Part shown: piece by piece, positions 24,345-37,007 of the stretch
How positions within the stretch are numbered: position 1 is the stretch's first letter
How the letters are laid out: each line of letters opens with the position of its first letter
Origin: Octopus sinensis
Lineage: Eukaryota
DNA: 61,034 bases
NCBI RefSeq assembly: GCF_006345805.1
Contig: NW_021834414.1
Coordinates: 1-61,034, forward strand
Direction: 5' to 3'
Translations under genes and position numbers: made by a program
The notes under the pieces: model-generated
Database searches by the model: none
The model's input: the letters and a program-made list of their open reading frames with translations, nothing else
Told to the model about the DNA's origin: nothing

Positions 24345-24627
24345 ACATTCCAGTATGGGAGAAGACCAGATTAACATGTACGTGTGGAGTGATTGATCTA
24401 TTATACTTAGCAGCTAAGTCCCTATACCTCCCGATATGCCATACTTCTACCTCGCTGACAATGTAGAATCCTACATGTTACGCTTAATATGCATGTGTGC
24501 AGATTGCAGTGTGTGCAATGTGCAGAATTGCAGTCTAGGTATGTTGAACCTGTGCTTGATTGCCTGATCTGCTATCCGTAGCAGCTAAGTTATAGTAAAC
24601 GTTATTCTATATGTGTCATATATATAT

Positions 24628-24860
24628 AAGGCGGCGAGCTGGCAGAAACGTTAGCATGCCGGGTGAAATGCTTAGCGGTATTTCATCTGCCGTTACGTTG
24701 TGAGTTCAAATTCCGCCGAGGTCGACTTTGCTTTTCATCCTTTCGGGGTCGATAAATTAAGTACCAGTTACGCACTGGGGTCGATGTAATCGACTTAATA
24801 CCCATGTCTGTCTTTGTTTGTCCCCTCTGTGTTTAGCCCCTTGTGGGTAATAAAGAAATG
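24628..24860 (+). mobile_element. SINE family B with 16-bp TSD GTTATTCTATATGTGT
   Basis: TSD at 24601-24616 and 24862-24877. Confidence 0.9.
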
Positions 24861-24944
24861 GGTTATTCTATATGTGTAAAAATAATTGAAGATAGTAGAT
24901 TAGTCAGGCTTCGAAATAATATGCTAGGAAAGAAAATGGTGTAG

Positions 24945-25245
24945 TGTTGAGCAGAATACTGGCTTTCCGTCACTTACGATGAAGGGGGTTCCTGTTGATC
25001 CGTTCAACAGAGCAGCCTACTCATGAAATTAACGTGCAAGTGGCTGAGCCTTAACGTTGTTCTCAGGGAGATTCAGCGTGACACAGGATGTGTAAAGGCT
25101 GGCCCTTTGAAATACATGTATAACTCAATTTTGCTAGCTGAGTGGATTGGAGCAACGCGAAATAAAGTGTCTTGCGCCGCAGGAATAGAATTCGCGATCT
25201 TACGATAGTGAACCTAATACATTGACCACTAAGCCACGGAACTTT
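24945..25245 (-). mobile_element. SINE family C (tRNA head plus Meta-like domain); duplicate at about 25600-25900
   Basis: Minus strand TGGCTTAGTGGTC...GCAAGACACTTTATTTCGCGTTGCTCCAATCCACTCAGCT. Confidence 0.7.
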
Positions 25246-25281
25246 CAACCAGAATAACTAGTGGACGATAATATTTCGTTT

Positions 25282-25513
25282 AAGGCGGCGAGCTGGCAGA
25301 AACGTTAGCATGCCGGGCGAAATGCGTAGCCGTATTTCGTCTGCCGTTACGTTCTGAGTTCAAATTCCGCCGAGGTCGACTTTGCTTTTCATCCTTTCGG
25401 GGTCGATAAATTAAGTACCAGTTACGCACTGGGGTCGATGTAATCGACTTAATACCCATGTCTGTCTTTGTTTGTCCCCTCTGTGTTTAGCCCCTTGTGG
25501 GTAATAAAGAAAG
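25282..25513 (+). mobile_element. SINE family B, recombinant copy
   Basis: 5' variants match the copy at 25936, 3' variants match the copy at 24628; flanks do not form a TSD. Confidence 0.85.
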
Positions 25514-25935
25514 GGTTATTCTATATGTGTAAAAATAATTGAAGATAGTAGATTAGTCAGGCTTCGAAATAATATGCTAGGAAGAGAAAGGTGTAGTTTT
25601 TTAGCAGAATACTGCTTTCCGTCACTTACGATGAAGGGGGTTCCTGTTGATATCCGTTCAACAAGCAGCCTACTCATGAAATTAACGTGCAGTGGCTGAC
25701 CTCCTTAACGTTGTTCTCAGGGAGATTCAGCGTGACACAGGATGTGTAAAGGCTGGCCCTTTGAAATACATGTATAACTCAATTTTGCTAGCTGAGTGGA
25801 TTGGGAGCACCGCGAAATAAAGTGTCTTGCGCCGCAGGAATAGAATTCGCGATCTTACGATAGGTGAACCTATACTTGACCACTAAGCCACGGAACTTTC
25901 AACCAGAATAACTAGTGGACGATAATATTTCGTTT

Positions 25936-26172
25936 AAGGCGGCGAGCTGGCAGAAACGTTAGCATGCCGGGCGAAATGCGTAGCCGTATTTCGTCTGCCG
26001 TTACGTTCTGAGTTCAAATTTCGCCGAGGTCGACTTTACCTTTCATCTTTTCGGGGTCGATTAAATAAGTACCAGTTACGCACTGGGGTCGATATAATCG
26101 ACTTAATCCGTTTGTCTGTCCTTGTTTGTCCCCTCTGTGTATAGCCCATTGTGGGTAGTAAAGAAATAGGTA
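25936..26172 (+). mobile_element. SINE family B with TSD TATTTCGTT
   Basis: TATTTCGTT at about 25926 and 26170. Confidence 0.9.
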
Positions 26173-27254
26173 TTTCGTTATAGGATTCTATAATAACAGG
26201 ATATGAAGACATCAATGCGGTTGAATGACATTTGGATGCAGAGTTTCAGGAATTTTTGTCTGATAATGAAACATTTTTCATTAAGTCTATTTCTGATGCT
26301 GCGGATGTCAGACATACTAGGATCACCATAAAATCCTAACAAGTTATATAATACATCATTGTCAATGGCGATACGTTGTGGCTATCATTTTGACATTTAG
26401 TTAACTAATGACCAACTGACCAAATCCCGGCAATTGATTAAGGACAAATTTCTAGGATTGAGAAACGATAAGATTATGAAGCCATCAAACCAGCTTAAAA
26501 CGAACGACGCACGCACGCACGCACACCGCGCACGCACATGGACAGGTATAGACATACACAAACACACATGTGCACACACTCATATACGACTACACACACA
26601 CACAAATGTGAATGATCCGGCATGTAAGCATGTATGAGTACTTAAATTTTTAATTCTGGAGAAATAGAGATGGGGAAGAGAGAATCAATGGAGAAGTATC
26701 ATTAACGAAAGAAATGAAAGAAAGAAAGAAGAAAAAGGTAGGAAGAAAGGAAGAGAGAAAGGCAGAGAGAGAGTAAGTGAAACGTAGAGAGAACGAGAGA
26801 TCTGTCGGCCTTAGAGAGAACATAAAGAATGAAGGAATGAATCAATGTAAAGTTGAACACACACACACACACACTCTCTCTCTTTCTCTGTGGCTTCGTA
26901 AACATACACCACACACACCACACACACATACACACTCATATGCATAAACATCCATCTATCTTTTATCCTTTTACATGTTTCACTGTAAACTGTAAAGCGA
27001 CCATGCTCTGGATCTCTCTTGAAAAGTTTAGTCGAATAAAAGCGACCTCAGTATTTATGCTTTGCAAGACGGAGTACTTATTTAATCGCTCTGAACCTTT
27101 AAGCACCGGGGATATAAACAAACCAACACTACGTATTAAGCATTGGGAGAACAAAAACAAAAACACTCGCACGTGACGTAGACATACATACTAACATACA
27201 CACTCGAACACACACTCATACACACACATATATAAGTACATACATAGATGTAAA

Positions 27255-27505
27255 AAAGGGTAAGGGTCCTTCCCCAGTCTTATAGATACATAGGCCAATT
27301 TCTTTGTTTCCGTAGCGTATACATTTACCACCCTGGATGGGACGCCAGTCCATCACAAGTTTATTCATTTTTGTCAGCTGTGTGAACTGGAGCAACGTGA
27401 AATGAAGTGTCTTGCTCAAGAAAGCAACGCGTCGCCTGGTCCAGGAATCGAAACAACAATCTTACTATCTTGAGCCCAACACTCCAAATACTAGTCCACA
27501 TGCCT
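27255..27505 (-). mobile_element. SINE family C variant with V-domain-like motif
   Basis: Minus strand TTGAGCAAGACACTTCATTTCACGTTGCTCCAGTTCACACAGCTG...GATGGACTGGCGTCCCATCCAGGG. Confidence 0.7.
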
Positions 27506-27577
27506 CCACACACACATACACACGGAGGCACACACACACACCACACACACACACACAACACACAAATACACAGTAAC

Positions 27578-28665
27578 TATTAGGTCATATAAATAATTCG
27601 GTTTTTTTATACTTCCGTTATTTTTCGAAATTAAGATAAAGTTCTTTTTTTTTATCAAAAAATATACTCGCCTTCATTTTCTGCAATGGTCTTCCATCTA
27701 TCTGGAAAAACTTGCAAGGCCCGTCTTCCAAAATTCACTTGTCCGTAACAAAAAATACTCCACCATACTGTTCTGACCTCGTCTACAGAATTCATATTAT
27801 TTCCGTCCAAATGATTTTAAAAACTGCAGAATGAATGATAATCAGATGGGGCAATGTCCGGCGAAGATGGCAGGTGAGGCATCGTTTCCCATTGAAACTG
27901 TTCCAGCCTTTGGAATGTCTTCCACGCTGTATGTGGCCGAGCATTATCCTAATGGAAGAACAGATGGTCGTTTTTCTTCAAGCACTCACTTAAGCCGTTC
28001 AAGCTGCTCACAGTAGATCGTTTGGTTTCGGTTTAAAAGTGGACTAAATCTTTCCTATCCAACCCAAGAGATAACAAAACCTTACGTGGGTGAAGACCTT
28101 CTTTAGCATGGGGGTGATGGTGTTTCTCCTTTCCCTACCCACTGTCTTTGGTGCTTGACATTTTTATAGAGAACCCATTTCTCGTCACCAGTCACATGAG
28201 ACGTGACAGCAAAGAAGAGCACACATTCACTCCCTAAGTGCAATTAAATTCAGAAAGTTTGTGAAGAACCCATTGATCAATTTGCTGACTTTTTCGATGG
28301 CACGCAGGTAGCTGAATAGACGAGGCTCGTGTTCGAGGCTACAGCTTCCGGTTCGTAATTTCTGTAGCCACCGTTGACCCTGGCATACACTTATTATCGA
28401 TCCCCATGTACTGCATTAATATTCCTCGCACTTTCCGTTGCGTGGTTGCCTTTATTGAGTTCATAAAGCAAAATATCCCGAATATGCTCCTTTGTCACTT
28501 CCATTATAGCTTTGAAAAAATAACTCTTAAAATCGACTGCACTCTTTAACACTTCCACCAAGAATAAGTACAAATTAAAATTACTTCCTGTTTTTATAGC
28601 AAGTTGATGTAAATAGTTTATCTCCTCCGACTTTTGGTTCATGCTATCGAAAAAACTGCAAAATT
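27578..28665 (-). mobile_element. Decayed mariner transposon, about 1.1 kb
   Basis: N-terminus MEVTKEHIRDILLYELNKGNHATESARNI (about 28505), QDNARPHTA and HLPSSPDIAPSDYH (about 27840-27945); TIR TATTAGGTCATATAAATAATTCGGTTTT at 27578; right TIR eroded into (TA)n. Confidence 0.9.
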
Positions 28666-28679
28666 TATATATATATATA

Positions 28680-28988
28680 TATCACGTGATCACGTGACCG
28701 ACCAGACCATCAGATGTTGTTACACATCGCTGGTCACAATGCGTTCGCATTGTTTTTTTTAGCCTTTGAATGACGCCACTCCGCTGGCTAAGCGAGCAGG
28801 CTAACAGAGGAAAGAGTGGGAGAAACAGTGATGAAAGAGTACAGCAGGGATCACCACCCCCTGCCGGAGCTCGTGGAGCTTTAGGTGTTTTCGCTCAATA
28901 AACACACACAACGCCCGGTCTGGGAATCGAAACCGCGATCCTCCGACCGCGAGTCCGCTACCCTAACCACTGGGCCATTGCGCCTCCA
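28680..28988 (-). mobile_element. tRNA-derived SINE family D, full length
   Basis: Minus strand GGAGGCGCAATGGCCCAGTGGTTAGGG...GGTTTCGATTCCC...GGTCACGTGATCACGTGAT; matches the copy at 39438. Confidence 0.9.
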
Positions 28989-30193
28989 CATATATATATT
29001 GTTGGTGGTATTTTGTCGTAGTATGTTGGTGGTATTTTGTCAGAGCAGTATTTTGTCGTAGATTTTCGTGCGTGTGCATGTTCGGAAATATCTTTCCATA
29101 CCACAGCAATTCACAACTACACGCAATTAATAACTAACTTCGCAAACAAAAAATATCTGTGCGTGCTTGGTTCGAGTGTTGACTTGATTTGCAACAAAAT
29201 ATGTTCAAATATATATACATTTTTTTTTTTCAGATGTGCTTTTTTTTACTGTCATCTGGAACGCTGTAATAACGCTTTTCGATTCCTATAGAAAATTGCC
29301 ATTGCTACTGCGAGGAGAAAGGCAGCCAGAAATATGATTATATAAGTGTGTGTGTATACACACACATATAACTTTATGAATGCACACATACACACACATG
29401 CATACATATATGCATATATAGGTGTGTGTGTGTGTAGATAGATAAATAGATATAGATACTGATATAGTTTGTCTGGAAATTTCTATATCGTGAGGTATAT
29501 ATTTACAGCCGTCACACTAAAAAAGGAATATGATGCATGGCATTATTTTAGATGGAAATCGATAGAGTCACACATACACAACAAAAACACGTGCTAGCGC
29601 CGGGCACCCCGCTTCCGCCCACGAATAAACACGAACACGTACACACTTATATATACATAGATATATATACATATGTATATATATACGTATATGTATATAC
29701 ATATATTATTATATATATTAATATATATATATATATATATATATACATACAACACACACACATAATATATATATATATATATATATATACATACATTACA
29801 CATATATATATATGTATGTAATATATACATATGCATATATATGTATATATAATATATATACATATATACAAACTAATAAAACATATACATGTATACATAC
29901 ATATATGTACATACCTACACCTATATGTAAATATACACATGCATATATGGGGACAGAACACCAAAAAAAAAAGTATATATACATGTATGTATGTAGGTAT
30001 GTATATGTTATATGAAGTTTTCGATTGTGAAATTGAACAGTGCAATTTTTGATTCGTTTGTTTTTATGTTTTATCTTTTTTTTTACGTGCAAAACGTCTA
30101 AATTGCTTCATACGAATTTCCGTAGTCATTTCGAAGAGCGTATTATGTGAGAATATAAGTATTGTACATAAATGTACGTGCATACATACATCC

Positions 30194-30243
<50 letters not shown>

Positions 30244-30277
30244 TGTGTGTGTGTATGTATGTGTGCGCGTATGTATA

Positions 30278-30316
<39 letters not shown>

Positions 30317-30869
30317 TATTACTAATGTATATATATATATGTATTATTACTAATATGTACATATGTGCTCATGGACACACTTGCATCCACATATACGTGT
30401 GTTTCTATGCATACATGCGCACACACGCCATATTCCACAGCTAATATATACTACAGTATTGCGTACTGTGTAATTTCTACGATAAATGATAAAATAACAA
30501 GAAAATATAGCAAAATTACAGAAATGATTGAGAATATGAAAAAATATCGCTACGAAAAGAATACGATAATACATCATTTTCTAAATACATTATACACAAT
30601 TTCGTACACATATATACACGACTACATATGCATATATATATGTGTATACCTATATATTTGCTCATATATAAATATGTGTATGTAGTATGTGTATGCGTTT
30701 GCGTAATTATTTCCAGGATGCAATAGAGTTGAAATATTTTAATGACAAGGACACCAAGATAGAGTCTAGGGTAGCTTACTCGTGTATCAACAGTGTCTAC
30801 AGACACTGAGATACTTACTTGATTATGAACGAAGTCGTGCTTCCAATTACGCATACATCAACGAGTATG

Positions 30870-31170
30870 TTGCTTGTTCCCTCTCGAGCCATGCCTGGTT
30901 CATAAGGGCCGGTTTCCCGGTTTCTTTGGCATTGGCGTATAGGTTTCCCACCTGGACGGGATGCTGGTCCGTCGCAGGTGAGCTGCTACATGCAGGAGGA
31001 AAGAGTGAGAGAAAATGTGGCAGAAGTTCGTCTTTATCTTCTGCCGGAGCCGCATGGAGCTTAGGTATTTCACTAATAAACACACACATCGCCCGGTCTG
31101 AGATTCGAATCCCCGATCCTTCGACCGCGAGTCCGCTGCTCTAACCAATAGGCCATGTGCCTCTACACCC
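30870..31170 (-). mobile_element. SINE family D-related copy with a different 3' tail
   Basis: Head GGCCTATTGGTTAGAGCAGCGGACTCGCGGTCGAAGGATCGGGGATTCGAATC shared with family D; 3' part diverges. Confidence 0.75.
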
Positions 31171-31838
31171 ACAAGTATAGAACAAATATACTCAACGTAT
31201 AGGTAATGGTATCTCAAGAGAAATCTTGAAGAAAAGCACTCAGCATATGAAAGATACATTTTACCTGCTTGTGTTTACTGTAAACTTGAGGATGATAGTA
31301 AGTAATAAAACAGGGAAGCCTCTCTTGGATTCGCAGCTGATACCTCGCAGCAAATTTTCATAGTTATGCTGCTGCATGCAATCCAAGAATAAGAAGTACC
31401 TACGAAGCATCAAAGAATAGTGGCGGGAGTGGATTATTTATACTTCAATATACAAGCGGAAATATTGATTTGTTCACAATTCTGTGAGAACAAATTATAC
31501 ACGTGATGAGCAGTTGTCTTCAAAACTAACATCAAGTTGACGATTGGGCGTAGCTGGTTCAACGCTACCGATTTAGCACGGCTGACTGGACATCCAACCT
31601 GTTATAACGGCAGTATGTTTTGGCACTGAATGCAAACATACACACGCGCGCGTGCACATGCAAACACTCACTCAGACTAAGTCCTACACACAAACGCATA
31701 CACACTCACAAGCACACATACACACGCACGCACACTCACACACATGCATACACGCGTGCGCAGTTATATCCACATGCCAATAGAAAGACTGAATGAGAAA
31801 GAGAAAGAAAGAAAGACAGAAGAAGAGGAAGAAAGACA

Positions 31839-31892
<54 letters not shown>

Positions 31893-32364
31893 GAGAAGCA
31901 TTATAATTTAATAATTACGCACCGTTAACCTAAGCACTTGCCCTGTCATACACATAAAGTGAAATATGGTCAGATGCATAACCAGAGAGGGAACGAGATA
32001 GAGAAAGATTGAGGGCAGAGGAAAACGTGAGAAATATTAAAACGTCTGATGTCAAATAAGTCAGCGTCGAATCAGTGACGCCGAATAGGCGGAGCCAAAA
32101 TGGCTATGCCAAAACTTTTCATGCCCCTTAAATACCATGTTATCAGTAGGAAAACTGTAAACCACGAATTGGAGAATTAGCATCCCTCAGCAAAGACACT
32201 GAAGGGAAATATTCCGCATTCAGAAAAAGATTATGTTCAAAAATGTTTCCTGTAAACTAGAATGTGATGATAATACTGGTTTCAAATTTTGGCACCAGGC
32301 AACCACTTTGAGGCCCAGTAATTTCAAGGAAGCAAGTAAGTCGATTACATTGACCAGGTGTTAT

Positions 32365-32460
32365 GGGTGTTGATTGAGTAAAAAATACCAAATGCTTCAC
32401 GAGACTCCGCCAGGGGGTGGTGGTGAACCTTACAGTACTCTTTCACCACAAATGTCTCTC
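32365..32460 (+). mobile_element. SINE family D internal fragment
   Basis: CACGAGACTCCGCCAGGGGGTGGTG...CAGTACTCTTTCACCAC. Confidence 0.6.
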
Positions 32461-32480
32461 ACTCATTCTCTCTTACGCAT

Positions 32481-32656
32481 AGGCGCAGGAGTGGCTGTGT
32501 GGTAAGTAGCTTGCTTACCAACCACATGGTTCCGGGTTCAGTCCCACTGCATTGCACCTTGGGCAAGTGTCTTCTAGTATAGCCTCGGGGCAACCAAAGC
32601 CTTGTGAATGGATTTGGTAGACGGAAACTGAAAGAAGCCCGTCGTATATATGTATG

Positions 32657-32696
<40 letters not shown>

Positions 32697-32925
32697 TGCA
32701 TGTGTGTATGTTTTTGTGTGTCTGCGTTTGTCCCCCCCCCCCAACATCGCTTAACAGCCGATGGTGGTGCGCTTACGCCCCCGTGACTTAGCGGTTCGGC
32801 AAAAGAGACCGATAGAATAAGTACTAGGCTTGCAAATAATAAGTCCTAGGGTTGATTTGTTGGACTAAAGGCGGTGCCCCAGCATGGCCACAAACAAATG
32901 ACTGAAACAAGTAAAAAAAGTAAAT
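32481..32925 (+). mobile_element. SINE family A, young full-length copy
   Basis: GGCGCAGGAGTGGCTGTGTGGTAAGTAGC...AAATGACTGAAACAAGTAAAA. Confidence 0.92.
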
Positions 32926-34022
32926 GCATATTGTAAGTGGAATAGTAAAAATATCCGAGAAATTTCTGAGATTTATCAATATCGTTCTGATACAAATTGT
33001 AGCGCCGGAGCCTTTTTATTCTATTTTGTTATTCTCCACCGAACTTCTGCAGAAATTATTCAAAACGATTAAAAAGAAATTACAAGCATGTGTGCATAGG
33101 CGCATACAAATATACGTACACACTCATGCACAAATACATATTCATATTCATTCGTATATTAAAAAAAGACACCAGTAAACTCATAGATACATGTATACAT
33201 ACACGCATACATAAATGCACACAATGAAATTCACAGCGATATATATATATATATATATATATGCATACATACATTCGTGGTTTCATACATACATGCATAC
33301 ATACATACATACAAACGTACATACATACATACATACATACATACATACATACATACATACACACATGTATGCATAATACATACATGCAGGGAAACATACA
33401 TACATACATACGTACATACATATAAACATACATAAATACACACACACACAGATATATATACTGTCATACAAGCATATATACATGTGTACATATATGCATA
33501 CATGTATGTATGCATAATACATACATATATACATACATACACACATACATACATACATACATGTGTTGCAATAATGTAATAAATATTGAGAGAACAAGAA
33601 TATGAAATAACAATTAATCTTTTGAAAAGAATTTTAAGCTTTTCATAAAATTATTTTCATTTTCCTCTTACATTATTGATAATGTTGAATAAAATATAAT
33701 TTTATTGAGGAATTTTAAATATTTGCCGTACAACAAAAATATTATAGACATGGCTCCCATCATGACCAACACGACATTGACGACGACGACGAACACCACC
33801 ACCACCATCACCTCCACCACCACCACCATCACCACTTCTACCGCAACCAAAGCTAAAACTAAACACCAACTCAAACAACCATTAGCAGCACCACCATCAG
33901 CACCACCGACATCATCATCATCATCATCACCACCACCACCAGGCATGGCTTGAGAAGGACAAACAATAATAAAATCGCGGCCTTTGGGCTAAAACATTTT
34001 TAAGGATTTAAGGATTTAAGTA

Positions 34023-34098
34023 CAGTACTGTTTCTACTTCGCGGATTTCCACCTATCGCGGGTTTAACGTAATAACCGCGATAGTCGAGGAATTACTA
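34023..34098. mobile_element. Tigger/pogo-like MITE remnant
   Basis: TA|CAGTA...TTCGCGG / CTATCGCGG ... CCGCGATAGTCGAGGAATTACTA|TA. Confidence 0.55.
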
Positions 34099-34151
34099 TA
34101 TTATCATAGTTGCTGTTCTTTTTGTAGTTCTATTTGTTGTTCTTGTTATTA

Positions 34152-34352
34152 GGGCAGAGAGCTGGCAGAATCGTTAGCTCTCTAGGCAAAATGCTTAGCG
34201 GCATTTCGCCTGCCTTATACGATCTGAGTTGACTTAGCCATTCATTCTTTCGGATTCAATGAAACAAGTACCAGTTGTGCACTGGGGTCGTTGGAATCGG
34301 CTAACCCTCCCCAACCAATATTTCCGGCCTTGTGCCTATAGAAGAAATAATT
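34152..34352 (+). mobile_element. Old SINE family B
   Basis: GGCAGAGAGCTGGCAGAATCGTTAG...AAGTACCAGTTGTGCACTGGGGTCG. Confidence 0.8.
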
Positions 34353-34474
34353 ATAATCACTTTTATGTTTAATAAAATTAATGCCGTATTGAAATGTCAG
34401 AACTTATACAGACGGAAGCGTGAGAAATTTTTTTAAAAACTTTTCCGTGACCGAACAGAAAGCAAAAAAAATTG

Positions 34475-34612
34475 ACTCTTTACTACTGCTGCTGCTGCTG
34501 CTGCTACTACTACTACTACTACTACTACTACTATTGCTGCTGCTGCTGCTGCTGCTACTACTACTACTACTACTACTACTACTATTGCTGCTGCTGCTGC
34601 TGCTGCTACTAT

Positions 34613-34653
<41 letters not shown>

Positions 34654-34674
34654 TTGCTGCTGCTGCTGCTGCTG

Positions 34675-34706
<32 letters not shown>

Positions 34707-34826
34707 GCAGCTGCTGCTGCTGCTGCTACTACTACTACTACTACTACTACTACACTACTACTGCTGCTGCTGCTGCTGCTGCTACTACTACTACTACTAC
34801 TACTACTATTGCTGCTGCTGCTGCTG

Positions 34827-34859
<33 letters not shown>

Positions 34860-34880
34860 TTGCTGCTGCTGCTGCTGCTG

Positions 34881-34913
<33 letters not shown>

Positions 34914-34952
34914 TTGCTGCTGCTGCTGCTGCTACTACTACTACTACTACTA

Positions 34953-35009
<57 letters not shown>

Positions 35010-35010
35010 A
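34475..35010. repeat. Higher-order compound microsatellite [TTG(CTG)n(CTA)n]m
   Basis: Alternating CTG and CTA blocks, TTG at most junctions, unit about 50-70 nt. Confidence 0.95.
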
Positions 35011-35684
35011 TATTTATATAATTATTTTCTTTATATGTTTGTACATGTGAACAAAAGAATATAATGTTTCACAATAATATTTCGTCGTTTTTTTTTATTT
35101 TTGGCATAATTTTATTTTCTGTGTTCTTAACAAAAATTGCTGGAATTTTAAATTTCTTTTTTAAACGTAATTATTTCGTTATCTGTTTCAATTTATTTAT
35201 TTCAATTTATTTGTTTAAATAACTATTAGATTTTTTACTCTGTTTTTTTTTCTTTCTCTTTTGTTTTTGTTCCTATACGTTTTTTTTTTTTGTTTCTTAT
35301 TCCTCAAAATTAAATCAAAAATTTAAAACGAATGTATGCTGTGAGTCTTTTGTAAATATTGCCCTTTTAACGTTTTTCTTATTCCTGCCAGCTCGAATGG
35401 AATCATTAAAATCCCATGATTTCAAGAGTGTTGGGAATACCTCGCAGAGAGGTAATATTTCTAAATTAAATGCCAAGAACCATGTAAGCAAATAAATATA
35501 CAAACAAACAAAATAAAAAAGCAAAAAAATGAAGAAACTTGGGAGAAAGACAGAAATATAGGAAGAAAGAAAAGAAAAGAATTTAAATGAAAGAGCAATT
35601 AAAATTAAAAATATGATAAACAATAAATTTCAGTTCTTTGTTTTAAAATAAAATAAAAACATTTTTGATTTTATGTAAAACAGT

Positions 35685-36345
35685 AGTAGTGGTGGTGGTG
35701 ATGGTAGTGGTGGTTGTAGTGATGGTTGTTGTGGTGGTTGTGGTAGCGGCTGTGGTGGTGCTGGGTGGTTGTGGGTTGTGGTGGTGGTGGTGGTGGTAGT
35801 GTTGATTATTGCGTGCTGGTTGTGGTGGTTGTGGTGGTACTGGTTGTGGTGGTGGTAGCGGTGGTTGTGTTGTAGTGATGGTGGTTGTGGTGCTGGGGCT
35901 GGTGGTGGTGGTGGTAGTGGTGCTGGTTGTGGTGGTACTGGTTGTGGTGGTGCTGGTTGTTGTGGTCATTGTGGTACTGGTTGTGGTGGTGGTAGTGGTG
36001 CTGCTGCTGGTGGTTGTGGTGGTTGTGGTGGTTGTGGTTGTGTTGGTGGCGAGGGTGCTGGTTGTGGTGGTTGTGGTCGTACTGGTGGTAGTGGTTCTGC
36101 TTGTGGTGGTGCTGGTTGTGTTGGTGGTGAGGGTGCTGGTTGTGGTGGTTGTGGTGGTACTGGTGGTAGTGGTTCTGCTTGTGGTGGTGCTGGTTGTGGT
36201 GGTGCTGGTTGTGGTTGCGTTGGTGGTGGTGGTGGTGGTGATACTGATGCTGGTTGTCGCGGTGGTGGTGGTGGTAATGGTAGCAGTGGTGATCCAGTAG
36301 AGGTACTAGAGGTAGTTGTGGTAGTGGTAATGAAAGTGGTGGTAG
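35685..36345. repeat. GGT/GTT/GCT trinucleotide-based minisatellite with an internal about 75-nt duplication
   Basis: GTTGGTGG(C/T)GAGGGTGCTGGTTGTGG...GTAGTGGTTCTGCTTGTGG occurs at about 36042 and 36120. Confidence 0.9.
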
Positions 36346-36719
36346 AGAATTGGATTCCATTCCATTCTCCATCACCATACACATTATCTTCATCTCCACC
36401 AATATCATCCACGTCTTTGTCGCGTTGCCTTCATCCCCCTCAACTATCTTGGTCAGGGTTTCTTAACTATCATCTGTCTGTGAACACCTTTGATTTGATT
36501 TGATTTTGTTCTGGTGGACGGTATAACCATTCAGTGTTCAAAAGCTAGTTTGTTAAACACTTCTTTCAAAACTCCCATTTCGTTTTTCAATCATTAATTT
36601 GTGTAGGTTGAACCATATAAAACGTTAGAGAATGAAACCTAGTTGATTCGTCCAATATATACATCTAAACCAAAATGGACCCTTAATATACTACTGAGTC
36701 CCCCCCCCCCGCCCACAAA

Positions 36720-36780
36720 CAAACGCTAAAATCTTTTATGGACCCCCAGGAGTCATATGGACTTCAGTTGAGAACTATTG
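36720..36780. mobile_element. 3' terminus of an older hAT (Charlie-like) element
   Basis: ATGGACCCCCAGGAGTCATATGGACTTCAGTTGAGAACTATTG directly followed by GTCTAGAC. Confidence 0.5.
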
Positions 36781-36788
36781 GTCTAGAC

Positions 36789-37007
36789 CAGTGGTTTTCA
36801 ACCAGGGTTCCGTGGAACCTTAGGGTTCCGCCAGTACAGTCCAGGGGTTCCGCAAGAAGTTACAAAACTGCTAAAATCGGCAGTAATTTTTAATTCTCCT
36901 ATGCAGATATGTGTGCATAAGACTATTAAATTATTGCACAGGGGTTCCTCGAGCCAGTGGAATGTTTCCTTGGGGTTCCACTCCAGCAAAAATGTTGAAA
37001 AGCACTG
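36789..37007. mobile_element. hAT (Charlie-like) MITE, 219 bp, 8-bp TSD
   Basis: GTCTAGAC|CAGTGGTTTTCAAC ... GTTGAAAAGCACTG|GGCTAGAC; internal GGGGTTCC repeats. Confidence 0.9.

Larger units (their letters stand above)
24628..26172 (+). repeat. Tandem duplication, period 654 bp: SINE B - spacer with antisense SINE C - chimeric SINE B - spacer - SINE B
   Basis: AAGGCGGCGAGCTGG starts at 24628, 25282 and 25936; spacers 24860-25281 and 25514-25935 align with small indels. Confidence 0.93.

Noticed and set aside
30700-31620. Non-repetitive stretch with several open frames and GTAAGT/GTATGT sites on both strands
   Set aside because: Candidate exons conflict in strand and have poor acceptors; none can be supported without transcript data.
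32060-32130. GCCGAATAGGCGGAGCCAAAATGGC, resembling a YY1 site and the human L1 5' end
   Set aside because: Short and permuted relative to L1. More likely chance or a decayed DNA-transposon subterminal repeat; no promoter context.
34420-35064. 214-aa poly-Leu ORF
   Set aside because: A by-product of the CTA/CTG/TTG microsatellite; the start is a non-ATG codon and there is no gene context.
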